Shown here one piece after another: positions 37,312-47,310 of a DNA stretch of 64,000 nt. The stretch comes from Myxococcales bacterium (GTDB lineage Bacteria; Myxococcota_A; UBA9042; JABWCM01; BTVJ01): the NCBI GenBank assembly GCA_045863395.1, contig BTVJ01000024.1, forward strand, positions 31,996 through 95,995, read 5' to 3'. Within the stretch, counting starts at the first letter, position 1; each line of letters opens with the position of its first letter. Position numbers and translations under genes: made by a program. The notes under the pieces are model-generated. The model was not told where the DNA came from. It saw nothing but the letters and a program-made list of their open reading frames with translations, and made no database searches.

Positions 37312-37991
37312 CACGACGCCACCGCCTGCGCGCAGGCGGGGCACGTCGCCTTGTCGGCGACCTCGACGCCGGTGATTGCGGCGAACCCCTTGCTGGTCAA
37401 CGTCACCGTGGCCTGCGGCCAGTCGGCGGGGTACGCCGTCCGGCCGGGCTCGACGACGACGAGGCCCGCCTTCACGAGGCTCGACGACCCGTTGATGTAG
37501 CGGGCGAAGCCGAGACGCTGCTCGAAGGTGGCCTCGTTGAACGCGGCGATGATCTCGACCGTGGCGGAGCCGAGGCCGAAGCCGTGCGGGCCGATCGCCG
37601 CCATCTCGTCGAGCCAGTACGTGCCGATGCAGGGCGCGAGCGCCAGCAGGAGGGCCGACCGTTCGACGGCATCCAGCCCGTGAGCGTCGCAGACCCGGTC
37701 GAGCCCCAGGGCGATGCCCGCCTGCCGGGTGATGGCCATCCGGGAGTCCAGCTCACGGCGCAGCCCCTCCTCGATGGCCTTGAGGCTGGCGGCCCGGCGG
37801 CGCTGCTCGCTCGTGCCGGTCAGCTCTTCGTCTCCGACGACGGTCACGGGCCGCCGGGCGACTCGCGTGTCGGCGTCGGCCTCGATCTCGCGGAGCACGC
37901 CGAGGTAGCGGCATCGAGCGCGAACCCAGAGGAGTTCCTGCTCTACGAAGTCGGCGTTGGACTTGAACGGCAGGGGCAACGTGGTGGGCAT
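37311..37991 (-). CDS. Hypothetical protein resembling the N-terminal helical/winged-helix region of AAA ATPases
   Basis: RBS AAGGAGG; LDRVCDAHGLDAVERSALLLALAP...SSSLVKAGLV; no Walker motifs. Confidence 0.6.
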   Translation of the reverse strand: MPTTLPLPFKSNADFVEQELLWVRARCRYLGVLREIEADADTRVARRPVTVVGDEELTGTSEQRRRAASLKAIEEGLRRELDSRMAITRQAGIALGLDRVCDAHGLDAVERSALLLALAPCIGTYWLDEMAAIGPHGFGLGSATVEIIAAFNEATFEQRLGFARYINGSSSLVKAGLVVVEPGRTAYPADWPQATVTLTSKGFAAITGVEVADKATCPACAQAVAS

Positions 37992-38144
37992 GATGGCCTC
38001 CTTGCCGCGTCCTACTCGTGACCCCCGCCGGGCTGAGCCGAACGCCAGGCCGCTCGGCGCCGATCACGCCCCGAGAATCGGGCGGAGCTGGGGTTGTCGC
38101 CCAAGGTGCGCCGGTGTAGATAGCGGGGAGCGGAGGATGCGCAG

Positions 38145-39332
38145 ATGGCGGAGGATGGCTCTCAACATGACGAACCCCGACCGGCAGACGGGGAGCAACG
38201 CTACCTCGACCTTGCCCAGGCGGCCGTCGGCAGTGTGTGGCACGGCCGCTCCGGGTTCGGTGCCCTTCAGAAGCGAGAGCAGACCCTGCGCGATTCGGTA
38301 CGGCTGGCGTCGAGTTCTGGGCTGTTCTCCATGCGATCCCGCAATGCGGAGTGGCCCTGGATGGCCCTCGTGGATCCCGATTTCTTCCACTTCGCGTCTC
38401 GTCGGGGCCTGGGCGTACATCACCGAACGTTCTTCGAGCTGGCTCTCGGCAGGCCCTCGAACTACGAGCCCTCGTCCTTCTGGGCGTTGTTCTGGGCGAT
38501 GGCAAAGGCCGAACACGAGTTCCGGCGCCGGTACATCCCGTTCTGGAGCAACGAGGAGCGGCTGACCGGCCATTTCGTCTCCCAGATGATGGAGCGAGTG
38601 GAGGAGTTCGCATCGCCGTGGCGATCGCTGGCCACGGCAGGTGCAGGTGACGTTCACTGCCGCATCTGGTACGCAGACACCGCGACTGCCCGCCGAGAGT
38701 CAATCACAGGTGCCGATCTCGGCCTCGTCGTCCACGGGAAGATCCCTGGCCGAAGCGACTACTTCAAGGTCGTCCGGTTCCAGGCCAAGAAGGTGGGAAG
38801 CAAGGGCAAGGCGATGATCGATCTCGATCAGGTGGAGCGCCTGATCGAGACGGACTACCTGGGGTACTACCTGTTCTACCACCCGCTGGACCCGAACAAC
38901 TGGTGTCCCGCGCCGACGGTACGCAGTGCAACGCAGTTCAAGCACCAACTCGACGAAGCCAAGAAGAAGCAAGGCGAAGAACCGAAGGGAAAGCCGGGGT
39001 CGCAGAGTAGCCAGACCATCTTCGGCAAGCGCGTAGGCGAGCCTGACTCCTACGGCAAGACCTCAGCGGACGTGCGTGATGGCGGGTGGGACTTCGCCAC
39101 CTTCGTCACGTTCGGTGTCGCCGACCCGGCGGCCGAACACGGCGTGCTCTGCGACGACCCTCGTGAGGCCGCACGGACGTTGATGTCCTGCGCGAGGCCA
39201 GAGCCCAGCCGAGTCATGGTTATGACTCTTGGCCAGGGAGGCACGGTGGTTGACTGGCAGAACCTGCTGAAAGAGCATTTGGCGGTTCCCCGACAGGACC
39301 TCCAAGATGTGGGGCAGGACGACGAAGAGTAG
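38145..39332 (+). CDS. Putative PD-(D/E)xK restriction-endonuclease-like protein
   Basis: NEERLTG...ESITGADLGLVV...VRFQAKK...YYLFY core; RBS GGAGG. Confidence 0.62.
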   Translation: MAEDGSQHDEPRPADGEQRYLDLAQAAVGSVWHGRSGFGALQKREQTLRDSVRLASSSGLFSMRSRNAEWPWMALVDPDFFHFASRRGLGVHHRTFFELALGRPSNYEPSSFWALFWAMAKAEHEFRRRYIPFWSNEERLTGHFVSQMMERVEEFASPWRSLATAGAGDVHCRIWYADTATARRESITGADLGLVVHGKIPGRSDYFKVVRFQAKKVGSKGKAMIDLDQVERLIETDYLGYYLFYHPLDPNNWCPAPTVRSATQFKHQLDEAKKKQGEEPKGKPGSQSSQTIFGKRVGEPDSYGKTSADVRDGGWDFATFVTFGVADPAAEHGVLCDDPREAARTLMSCARPEPSRVMVMTLGQGGTVVDWQNLLKEHLAVPRQDLQDVGQDDEE

Positions 39333-39377
39333 GTGACGGCTAGAAGGGGCAGCCCGGCGGGGCTCTGGGCTTCCAGC

Positions 39378-42300
39378 TTATCCGATGGCCCCGAACTTCA
39401 TCCCCACGCTCTCGTTGAACGACCGGATGATCGACACGATGTTGTCGGCGTGGTCGTGGCTCGGGAACACGCCGTCGAGCCCCTCGTAGTGGAAGTCCGT
39501 GAACGGCGGCTCGTAGAGTATCCCCGGATCCATCACGCCGTTCTGCGTGAGGTAGTCGATCACCGTCTCGACGAAGCGGATCTGGTTGGCGCCGAATCCG
39601 GCGCCGTCGAGGTAGACCGCGAACGCCTGCTTCGCGGCGGCTCGGTCGAGCCCGACGAGCTTGCGGATGAAGACCACGAGCGACAGGTCCTTGCCGAAGA
39701 CCTGCTCGAACCGCTCGCGGCTCTCCACCTCCGGCGAGTCGAACAGCATCGACTCCAAGCTCGCCAGGTCGGCCGGGGTGAGCGGCAGGTTCCGCTTGAG
39801 CTTGGCGACGACGACGTGGTTCTCGTTTTCCCGGATGTACCGCTCGACCTTCTTCCGGTACTGGTACGGGCTGAACCCCGTCTGGGTCACGGGGACGGCC
39901 TTGTCCTCCACGTCCCCCATCTCGTCCTCGAAGTCGGTGATGATCGGCGGCCGGGCCGTGCGGTCGATGAACTGGATGAGGCCCCGGAGCTTGCGGCGCA
40001 CGTCCTCGACCATGGGCAGGGTCACGTCCGTCCACCACTCCTCGGCCTGGATGGCGACGATCAGCTCGATGTGCTCCGCCACCATCGGCACGTTCTTCTT
40101 CGCCTCCAGCCGGTCGGCGAGGTCGCGCACCTTGTCGCGCAGGGCCTCGAAGCCGTGGCCGCCGCTCAAAAGCGAGATCTGGATCTTGAGGCAGAGCAGG
40201 TCGAACTGCTGGGCCAGCACGTCCTCCGGCGGGAGGCCGTTAGGCAGCGGGGCGAGCACGTCGCCGATCGTGTGGGCGTCGGCCTCCGTGAGCCGGTCCC
40301 ACCGCTCCCGCTCGGAGAACTCTTCGACCGTGCGCAGGTGGCGGCGCACGAGGAAGTTCTGCGGCTCCATCGTCGCGACGTGCTGGTGCAGCTTCCCCAG
40401 GATGTCATGTCGGACTGCCTCGTCCGTTCCCGGCAAGATGTACGGGGGCGGCTTGGGCTCAGCGACCATGAGCACGCCCGGCGGAAGCTCGGGCTTGTCG
40501 TCCGGCTCGCCCGGCTTCCCCATCAGCAGGACGACCTCGGTGCGGGCCCTCACGATCCGGGCCGTCAGGCCGTCGGCGAGCGAGGGATCGGCCTCCGGCA
40601 GCTCCTGCTCGAAGTACTCCAGGTTGCCGCAGAGGTCGAAGACGAGGAACTCCGCCTTGTCCTTGCCCGGCCCGAGCAGGTCCCGGCAGAGCCGTGTGCC
40701 CCGCCCGATCATCTGGTTGAACTTCACCCGCGAGTAGACCGGCTTGAAGAAGACCAAGTTGACGACCTCGGGCACGTCCACGCCGGTGTCGAGCATGTCC
40801 ACCGACACGGCGATCGTCGGCTCCTTGGCGGGGTCGGAGAAGTCGTCGAGGAGCGCCTGGGCGTAGTCGTTGTGGCTGTCGATGACCTGGGCGAACTTGC
40901 CCTTGTACTTCGGGTAGTTCTTGTCGAACCGCTCGACGATGAACTCGGCGTGCTTGTGGTTCCGGGCGAAGATGATGGTCTTGCCGAGCTTCTCGCCATC
41001 GGCCACCCGGATGCCCTTGGTCATCACCAGCTCGATGGCCTTGTCTACGGTGTCGATGTTGAAGAGCCACTTGTTCAGGGCCTCGGCATCGACGCGGGCC
41101 GGTAGGTTGCCGTCGTCGTCGGCGAGCTTCTCCTCGTACTCCTCCTTCTCGTCGTCGGAGAGGTCCGCGTACTTCACGCCTTTCTGGATGAACTTGAACG
41201 GCACCGTGACCCCACGCGGAGGGACGAGGTAGCCGTCGCCCACGGCGTCGTTCAGCTCGTAGGCGAAGCTCGGGACACCGGGCTCCAGGTCGAAGGTGCG
41301 GTACGTGTCGCGGTGAACCTCCGACCTCGGCGTCGCCGTCAACCCGACGAGCAGGCCGTCGAAGTAGTCGAAGATAGCGCCGTACTTCTTGTAGATGGAG
41401 CGATGGGCCTCATCGACGATCACGAGGTCGAAGTAGCCGGGCCCGAACTGGCGCTCGCCCTCGACCACGTCGTTGATGCGGTTGAGCATCGTCGGGTACG
41501 TCGAGAGTATGACGGCGGCGTTCGAGGCGTCGCTCTTGGTGAGGTCCACCGCGACGGCGGACGGAAGATGAGCCTTGAAGGCCCGGAGCGCCTGGATCAG
41601 CAGCGCGTTCCGGTCGGCCAGGAAGAGCACCCGCTTCGCCCAGTCGGCCCGGCGCAGAAGATCGACGAGGGCGATCACCGTCCGCGTCTTTCCCGTGCCC
41701 GTCGCCATCACGAGCAGGGCCTTGCGGCCGTTCTTCTCGTCGAACGTCTCGGTGATGCGCCGGATGGCCTCGTGCTGGTAGGTGCGCTCGACGATCGCCT
41801 TGTCGGGCTGAACGAGGTGCAGACCCTTCCGGTTCGTCCGCCGATAGTGGAGCAACTCCAGCTCGTCCTTCTTGAGGAACCCCTGGATTGGCCTGGGCGG
41901 GTAGCGCACGTCGTCCCAGATCCAGTGCTCGTAGCCGTTCGAGTAGAAGATCACCGGCCGCCTGCCGAACTTCACTTGCAGGCAGTCGGCGTAGAGGCAC
42001 GCCTGCTTCTTCCCCTTGGCGGCGCTGAACGTCGTCTTCTTCGCCTCGACGAGGGCGAGGGGCTTGCCGTCGTCGCCCCAGAGCACGTAGTCCACGTAGC
42101 CGGTGCCCGTGTCGTTGGGCATCCCGGTGACCTCGTACTCCGTCCACTCAGGCAGGTGGATCGGCCAGCGGGCCTCCTTCAAGAGCACGTCGATGAGGTA
42201 CTTCCGGGTCTTCGCCTCGGAGTAGTCGTGGGTGTCGGGGACGCCGTCGTTGGCCTTCTTGAGCGCCGCTATCTCGGACTTGAGGCTCGCGATCTCGGCC

Positions 42301-42845
42301 TCGGTCTTGGCCGAGCGTTCCTCCGCGATGCGGAGCATCTCCTCGGCCTGGGACTTCTCCTTCTCCAGCTTCTGGAGCTGGGCGAGCGTGAGGTCGTCCT
42401 TCCCTTCCTGCGCGGGCTTCGGCAGGAGGCCCAGGTTGAACGTCACCGTCGGATGCGCGGCGGCGTTCGCGGAGTACGACCGGGACAGCCAGTAGAGGAA
42501 GTGGAATAGCTCGCCAACGACCTGCGCCGAGTCGCGGGAGGTCAGCGGGCGCTGATCGTGGGCCGCCTGGTTGCCGACCTTCACGATCGTCCGCACCTTG
42601 GCGAAGAGCCCCGGCGGCAGGTTGTCCTTGAACGTCTGCTCGTGGACGAGGGCCCCGAGCTGGTGGTCGTAGGGGAGGTCGAGGGCCGGATCGTTTTTGT
42701 AGAGCCACTGGACGGCGGCTTCGAGGGCGAAGCGGGCGTAGAAGCAGGACGCCCGTGGAGCCGAGTAGGTCAGCGCCTCAGCCTGCGCCGCGTGGGCGGC
42801 AAGGTCGGCGTGCTGGGGCTTCAGGAAGTCGAAGTTCGACGCCAC
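39378..42845 (-). CDS. hsdR: Type I restriction subunit R (EcoEI/EcoAI-like)
   Basis: SNFDFL N-terminus; nuclease GYVDYVL...VEAKK; MATGTGKT; DEAHRS; GLTATP; SVDMLDTG; QMIGRGTR; C-terminal LYEPPFT. Confidence 0.95.
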   Translation of the reverse strand: MASNFDFLKPQHADLAAHAAQAEALTYSAPRASCFYARFALEAAVQWLYKNDPALDLPYDHQLGALVHEQTFKDNLPPGLFAKVRTIVKVGNQAAHDQRPLTSRDSAQVVGELFHFLYWLSRSYSANAAAHPTVTFNLGLLPKPAQEGKDDLTLAQLQKLEKEKSQAEEMLRIAEERSAKTEAEIASLKSEIAALKKANDGVPDTHDYSEAKTRKYLIDVLLKEARWPIHLPEWTEYEVTGMPNDTGTGYVDYVLWGDDGKPLALVEAKKTTFSAAKGKKQACLYADCLQVKFGRRPVIFYSNGYEHWIWDDVRYPPRPIQGFLKKDELELLHYRRTNRKGLHLVQPDKAIVERTYQHEAIRRITETFDEKNGRKALLVMATGTGKTRTVIALVDLLRRADWAKRVLFLADRNALLIQALRAFKAHLPSAVAVDLTKSDASNAAVILSTYPTMLNRINDVVEGERQFGPGYFDLVIVDEAHRSIYKKYGAIFDYFDGLLVGLTATPRSEVHRDTYRTFDLEPGVPSFAYELNDAVGDGYLVPPRGVTVPFKFIQKGVKYADLSDDEKEEYEEKLADDDGNLPARVDAEALNKWLFNIDTVDKAIELVMTKGIRVADGEKLGKTIIFARNHKHAEFIVERFDKNYPKYKGKFAQVIDSHNDYAQALLDDFSDPAKEPTIAVSVDMLDTGVDVPEVVNLVFFKPVYSRVKFNQMIGRGTRLCRDLLGPGKDKAEFLVFDLCGNLEYFEQELPEADPSLADGLTARIVRARTEVVLLMGKPGEPDDKPELPPGVLMVAEPKPPPYILPGTDEAVRHDILGKLHQHVATMEPQNFLVRRHLRTVEEFSERERWDRLTEADAHTIGDVLAPLPNGLPPEDVLAQQFDLLCLKIQISLLSGGHGFEALRDKVRDLADRLEAKKNVPMVAEHIELIVAIQAEEWWTDVTLPMVEDVRRKLRGLIQFIDRTARPPIITDFEDEMGDVEDKAVPVTQTGFSPYQYRKKVERYIRENENHVVVAKLKRNLPLTPADLASLESMLFDSPEVESRERFEQVFGKDLSLVVFIRKLVGLDRAAAKQAFAVYLDGAGFGANQIRFVETVIDYLTQNGVMDPGILYEPPFTDFHYEGLDGVFPSHDHADNIVSIIRSFNESVGMKFGAIG

Positions 42846-42857
42846 GCCGACCTCCGC

Positions 42858-44093
42858 CTACAGCTCGCCACGGAAGGCGCGGTGGACGAGGGAGTCGAAG
42901 AGGCTCTCCGCTTCCCCTTGCCCTGCCACTTCCTTCCGATGCAGGCCTGCAAGCGCCTTGTGCGATGCCACGTACTCGTCCTGCAACGTGAGTGGCGGCA
43001 CGATGAGGCGCAACGACGACAGGCCCTGCGTGTTGATGTTGTAGTTGCCAGCCGTCGTCCTCGCCTGCTGGACGAGGTGCCGTCGGTACGTGGGAAACGA
43101 GACTACGTCTCGAGCGAAGGGCGCTCGGAGTGTGCTGTCGCGCTTGAACCGCGCTCGGATGAGGTAGGACGCGAACGCATAGCCCACAGCGGGCTCGTCC
43201 ACGACGGCGCACCGGGCGATGTACTCGGGGTTCCCGTTCGAGCGAACGAACAGGAGGTCGTCGTTCACGAGTTTCAGCCGATCGACCTCGGCCTCGTCGA
43301 GTGCCGCGAACTTGAGGTCATCGAGGCTGATCAGCTCGCCGACCACGTTCGGGATTCGCAGCACCCCGATCTCCCCGGGCCGACGAGACTCCGAGCACTT
43401 CTCGGATGTGCCGTACCTCAGCTCCTCCAGTTGAGAGCCGAGCGTGACCACGGGCCAGCCCGTCGGGTTCGTCACCGGGTCGCCGAACATCTCCAGGAAG
43501 ACCGCCTTCGTGAGGTCGTCCACGAGCCCGATGGCCTCTGCCCGCTTCCGGCGGACGGCGTCGGCCTTGTCGAGGATGTCGGCGATGCGGCGCTGCTCGG
43601 GCAACGGCGGCAAGGGCACTTCGAGCGCCCGCAACTTCTCGCCGTTGATCTTCGGCATGTTCCCCGCCGTCCCGGCGGCGAGGTTCCGAACACGCTTCCG
43701 AATGACCGGGCTGTTGAGGCAGCGCCACACCCACCTTGCGTCAGCCTGGGGCTGCATCCGAAGCCGCATGATGGTATCCGGGTACACGTAGGCATCCGAC
43801 GGGCCATCAAATAGGGCGGCCACGCCCACGAGTTCGCTCGTATTCGACCGCTGCACGAGCAGGTCGCCTGCTCGCAGCCAGTACTTCGAGTCGGGGGGAA
43901 GGCGCTCATCCAGGCGCCGCGTGGTGCGGGGGCTGATCTCCAGACGGCCAGACGTGGTGGCGCTCAGCCTCAGGCTCCAGGTCCCGTTCGCGTCTGCATC
44001 GCTCTTCGGCGACCAGCCGTTCGTCGGCCCCTCGGCGAGGATCTCCCCGAGCCGCACCATCCTCCAAGCGGGCTCGCGCCGGGGGCTGGTCAT
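42858..44093 (-). CDS. hsdS: Type I specificity subunit S
   Basis: Two target-recognition domains; VPLPPLPEQRRIADILDKAD, FLEMFGDP, IVPPLTLQ, SLVHRAFRGEL; ATGA overlap with hsdM. Confidence 0.93.
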   Translation of the reverse strand: MTSPRREPAWRMVRLGEILAEGPTNGWSPKSDADANGTWSLRLSATTSGRLEISPRTTRRLDERLPPDSKYWLRAGDLLVQRSNTSELVGVAALFDGPSDAYVYPDTIMRLRMQPQADARWVWRCLNSPVIRKRVRNLAAGTAGNMPKINGEKLRALEVPLPPLPEQRRIADILDKADAVRRKRAEAIGLVDDLTKAVFLEMFGDPVTNPTGWPVVTLGSQLEELRYGTSEKCSESRRPGEIGVLRIPNVVGELISLDDLKFAALDEAEVDRLKLVNDDLLFVRSNGNPEYIARCAVVDEPAVGYAFASYLIRARFKRDSTLRAPFARDVVSFPTYRRHLVQQARTTAGNYNINTQGLSSLRLIVPPLTLQDEYVASHKALAGLHRKEVAGQGEAESLFDSLVHRAFRGEL

Positions 44094-45643
44094 CCGAGCA
44101 TCTCCGCGAGCGCATCGAGGTCGGCCCGGATCTCGTCCTCGACCTTGCGGAGCCGCTCCAGGATGACCGTCGGGGCGTCGTGCTTGGCCTCCGTGTGCTC
44201 GACCTCGCGGTAGCGGTTCAACGACAGGTCGTAGCCCGCCGCGACGATCTCCGCCTTCGGCACGAAAAAGGACTTGCTCGTCCGATCGCTCGCCACCTTC
44301 GGATCGCGCCCCCTCCAACGCCGGAGTATGTCCGGGATGTCGTTGTCGGCGATCTCCTGGCGCTTGTCGTCGAGCGAGAGTCCGTCGGCCTCCATGTCGT
44401 AGAACCAGACGTGATCGGTGCCCCCGGCCCCGGTCTTCGTGAACACGATCACGGCCGTGGACACACCGCTGTACGGCTTGAACACGCCGCTCGGCATCGA
44501 GATGACGCCTTCGAGCTTGTGGCTCTCCATGAGCGCCCGGCGGATCGCCGTGTGCGCCCCCGTGGAGCCGAAGAGCACGCCGTCGGGAACGACGACGGCG
44601 GCCCGGCCGCCGATCCGCAGGAGGCGCAGCATGAGGGCGAGGAAGAGCAGCTCTGTCTTCGCCGAGGGCCCCTTCTTCTCGCCGTTCTTACCCTTGGCGC
44701 TCTGCCCCTTCTTGCCCGACTGCCCCGTCGCCTTCAGCAGGTCGTCGGCGACGACGGCCACGTCTACCGAGCCCTTGAACGGGGGGTTGGCGAGGACGAC
44801 GGACACCTTGCCTTCGAGCTGCGCGAAGACCTTGGCCTCGCGGGAGGTCTGCGCCAGGGAGTCCACCGGCTCGATGTTCGGGTTCTCCAACCCGTGCAAC
44901 ATCATGTTCATGCTGCCGATCCGCAGCATCGTGGCGTCGAAGTCGAAGCCGTGGAACATGCCGGTGTTGAAGTGCTGCCGGTGGCCGGGGGCGTTCAGCA
45001 CAAGGTTGCCGCTCGCGTCCTTCAGCTCCCGCAGGTGCTCGGCCGCCGCGACGAGGAATCCGGCGGTGCCGCAAGCGGGGTCGCAGATGATGTCGTCGGG
45101 TTTCGGCTCGACCAGCGCGACCATCATCTTGATGATGTGCCGGGGCGTCCTGAACTGCCCGTTCTGCCCCGCCGTTGTGAGCTTCGAGAGCATGTATTCG
45201 TAGAGGTCGCCCTTCGTGTCCCGGTCTTCGAGGGGCAGTCCGTCGATCTGATCAACGACGCTCGCCATCAGGGCGGGCGACGTGATGAGGAACACCGCGT
45301 CCCGCATGTGTCTGGCGTAGGACGTAGCGTCGTCCCCGCCGCCAAGGGTCTTGATGAAGGGGAAGACCTCGTCGCGCACGACGCGGAGCATCTGGTTGCC
45401 GTCGCCGAGGTGCTTGAACTGCGACCACCGCAGGTGCTGCTGCTTCGCGCCGAACCGTGGGTTCTCGACCTTGCGGCCGAGCCGCTGGGCCTTCTTCTCC
45501 TGGGCCAGTTCCAGGTCGTCGAGCCGCTTGATGAAGAGCAGGTACGAGATCTGCTCGATGACGGAGAGCGGGTTCGAGATCCCGTTGTTCCAGAAGGTCG
45601 TCCAGATCCGGTCAACCCGGTTCTTGATGTCGCCAGTGATCAT
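44090..45643 (-). CDS. hsdM: Type I N6-adenine methyltransferase subunit M
   Basis: GISNPLSVIEQISYLLF, GQFRTPRHII, DPACGTAGFL, LANPPF, VPDGVLF, YDLSLNRY. Confidence 0.96.
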   Translation of the reverse strand: MITGDIKNRVDRIWTTFWNNGISNPLSVIEQISYLLFIKRLDDLELAQEKKAQRLGRKVENPRFGAKQQHLRWSQFKHLGDGNQMLRVVRDEVFPFIKTLGGGDDATSYARHMRDAVFLITSPALMASVVDQIDGLPLEDRDTKGDLYEYMLSKLTTAGQNGQFRTPRHIIKMMVALVEPKPDDIICDPACGTAGFLVAAAEHLRELKDASGNLVLNAPGHRQHFNTGMFHGFDFDATMLRIGSMNMMLHGLENPNIEPVDSLAQTSREAKVFAQLEGKVSVVLANPPFKGSVDVAVVADDLLKATGQSGKKGQSAKGKNGEKKGPSAKTELLFLALMLRLLRIGGRAAVVVPDGVLFGSTGAHTAIRRALMESHKLEGVISMPSGVFKPYSGVSTAVIVFTKTGAGGTDHVWFYDMEADGLSLDDKRQEIADNDIPDILRRWRGRDPKVASDRTSKSFFVPKAEIVAAGYDLSLNRYREVEHTEAKHDAPTVILERLRKVEDEIRADLDALAEMLG

Positions 45644-46182
45644 CCCTGCCCGCCCTCGTGCTCTCCGGGCTCAGCCGCGCCGCCTTCCTGCACCGACACC
45701 GCGCCGCGACGGAGGCGCTCGGAGGAAGGTTGTTCCTGCGGCGGGGAACTGCCCAGGCCGGGCTCGGAAGCGGCACCGGCGGGCTCGGACTTCGTGGGAA
45801 TCCGTGCGGCTGCACTCGTGCGGAAGGCGTCGCCCTTTCGGGCACGGTTGCTGACCGTCTCGACGATCAGACCGACGAGCCGATCCGCATCCTTCCACTT
45901 CATGGCGAGGCGTGAGCGATCCATGCCGTGCTCCGCGACGATGTCCTTCAACTGCTCGATGTTGAGCGCCGAAAGCCCCTCGCGGAGTCGAGCGTCGCCC
46001 TCGCCATAGAGCTGGAACGGGTCAAGAACCGATTTGGCTCGCCGCTTTCCGGGGGTGGACCTCGGCGGTTCAGTGACCGCGCCGAGCGCCTTCTCCAAGC
46101 GTGCCGCGAACTCCGGGTTACGCCGCGCCTCGTCGAGGATGACCTTGAAGGCGCTTTCGAGGTTGCTCAGTCGGTCTGCCAT
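45640..46182 (-). CDS. Conserved-looking hypothetical protein between parA and hsdM
   Basis: DPFQLY...LNIEQLKDIVAEHGMD...KWKDADRLV...KGDAF; RBS GAGGA; ATGA overlap with hsdM. Confidence 0.75.
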   Translation of the reverse strand: MADRLSNLESAFKVILDEARRNPEFAARLEKALGAVTEPPRSTPGKRRAKSVLDPFQLYGEGDARLREGLSALNIEQLKDIVAEHGMDRSRLAMKWKDADRLVGLIVETVSNRARKGDAFRTSAAARIPTKSEPAGAASEPGLGSSPPQEQPSSERLRRGAVSVQEGGAAEPGEHEGGQG

Positions 46183-46189
46183 CGTGTCC

Positions 46190-47239
46190 TCACGCCTCGA
46201 CGGCGGCCAGCACCTCTTGCGCGAGTGCGAAGTAGGCGTCGAACTGCCCCTTGTAGCCGTACTTCTGCCGCAGGGTGGCGATGGGGCGGAACTCCATGAA
46301 CTCCGCCGACTCAGCGATCTGGTTGTTCTCGGCGATCACCGTCTCGAATACGCGAGGCGTCGCCCTTCGCCGAAGGTCGGTCGTCGTGTTCCGGTGGACG
46401 GTGGACTGGGCCCGGTACTTGCTGATGACGATGCCGAGCGGCTCGATGGTCTCGCCGATGTTCTCCGCGAACGCCGCGACGCGGGAGAGGATCTGCGGGA
46501 TGCCGTAGGTCGAGAGCACGTCCGGGATGGTCGGGATGATGTACCCGCCCGCGATCCGCAGACCGTTGAGCGTGATGATCCCCAGGTTGGGCGGGCAGTC
46601 CACGAGCACGATGTCGTACTCGTCGATGATGGGCTTGATCGCACGACGCAGGATGTCGGTTGGGTTGTTCGCGTAGAACTTCCCGCTTGGCATCGAGGCC
46701 AGACGGTCTTGTACGTCGATGAGATCGATGCTCGACGGCAGCAGATCGACGTTGCGCACCGCATCGACGTTCGACGCCCGCCGAACGAGCGCCTCGTCAA
46801 GGTCGAACAGGCGCTCGTCCGGATCCTCGGTCAGCGCGTCCTTGAAGAGCTGCGCGAGGGTCGCGTTGTTGTCGTTCTGCTGCTTCCACTTGGCCTCACC
46901 GATGAGCATGACCGTCGCGTTCGTCTGCGGGTCGAGGTCGATGACCAGGACGCGCTTGCCGAACTCCGCCGAGAGCAGTTCCGCGAGGGCCACCGTCGTG
47001 GTGGACTTGCCGACGCCGCCTTTCAGGTTGATGGTCGCGATCACATGCGCCACGTTCTTCCTCCTTCGTCGAAGCCATCGTCGGATGTCGGAGCGGCGGA
47101 AGACCGGCCCTGAGCGGAGATCCGCGACAGGACGCGGGAAGTCGGAAAAGCGAACCCGCCAGTTGGCAACTGCGGCTCGCGTCACACCCGCCATCTCCGC
47201 GACTTCGTGGACGCCGACCAGATCCTCTTCTTCTGCCAA
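46190..47239 (-). CDS. ParA/MinD-family ATPase with N-terminal MerR/AlpA-like HTH
   Basis: LVGVHEVAEMAGVTRAAVANWR..FPRP HTH; NLKGGVGKSTT, IDLDPQTNAT, VDCPPNL; probable TTG start after GAGGT. Confidence 0.88.
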   Translation of the reverse strand: MAEEEDLVGVHEVAEMAGVTRAAVANWRVRFSDFPRPVADLRSGPVFRRSDIRRWLRRRRKNVAHVIATINLKGGVGKSTTTVALAELLSAEFGKRVLVIDLDPQTNATVMLIGEAKWKQQNDNNATLAQLFKDALTEDPDERLFDLDEALVRRASNVDAVRNVDLLPSSIDLIDVQDRLASMPSGKFYANNPTDILRRAIKPIIDEYDIVLVDCPPNLGIITLNGLRIAGGYIIPTIPDVLSTYGIPQILSRVAAFAENIGETIEPLGIVISKYRAQSTVHRNTTTDLRRRATPRVFETVIAENNQIAESAEFMEFRPIATLRQKYGYKGQFDAYFALAQEVLAAVEA

Positions 47240-47278
47240 CCGGGCTACCTCACCCGCCCACCCGTTGTGAGCGTGGCT

Positions 47279-47310
47279 TTCACTGTGAACGATGCTCACG
47301 AACGCGTCAA
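47279..47310 (-). promoter_or_regulatory. Putative promoter/operator of the parA-hsd operon
   Basis: Minus strand TTGACG-N17-CACAGT; palindrome TTCAC-T-GTGAA (47279-89) and GTGA-N7-TCAC (47285-99) overlap the -10 and spacer. Confidence 0.45.
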
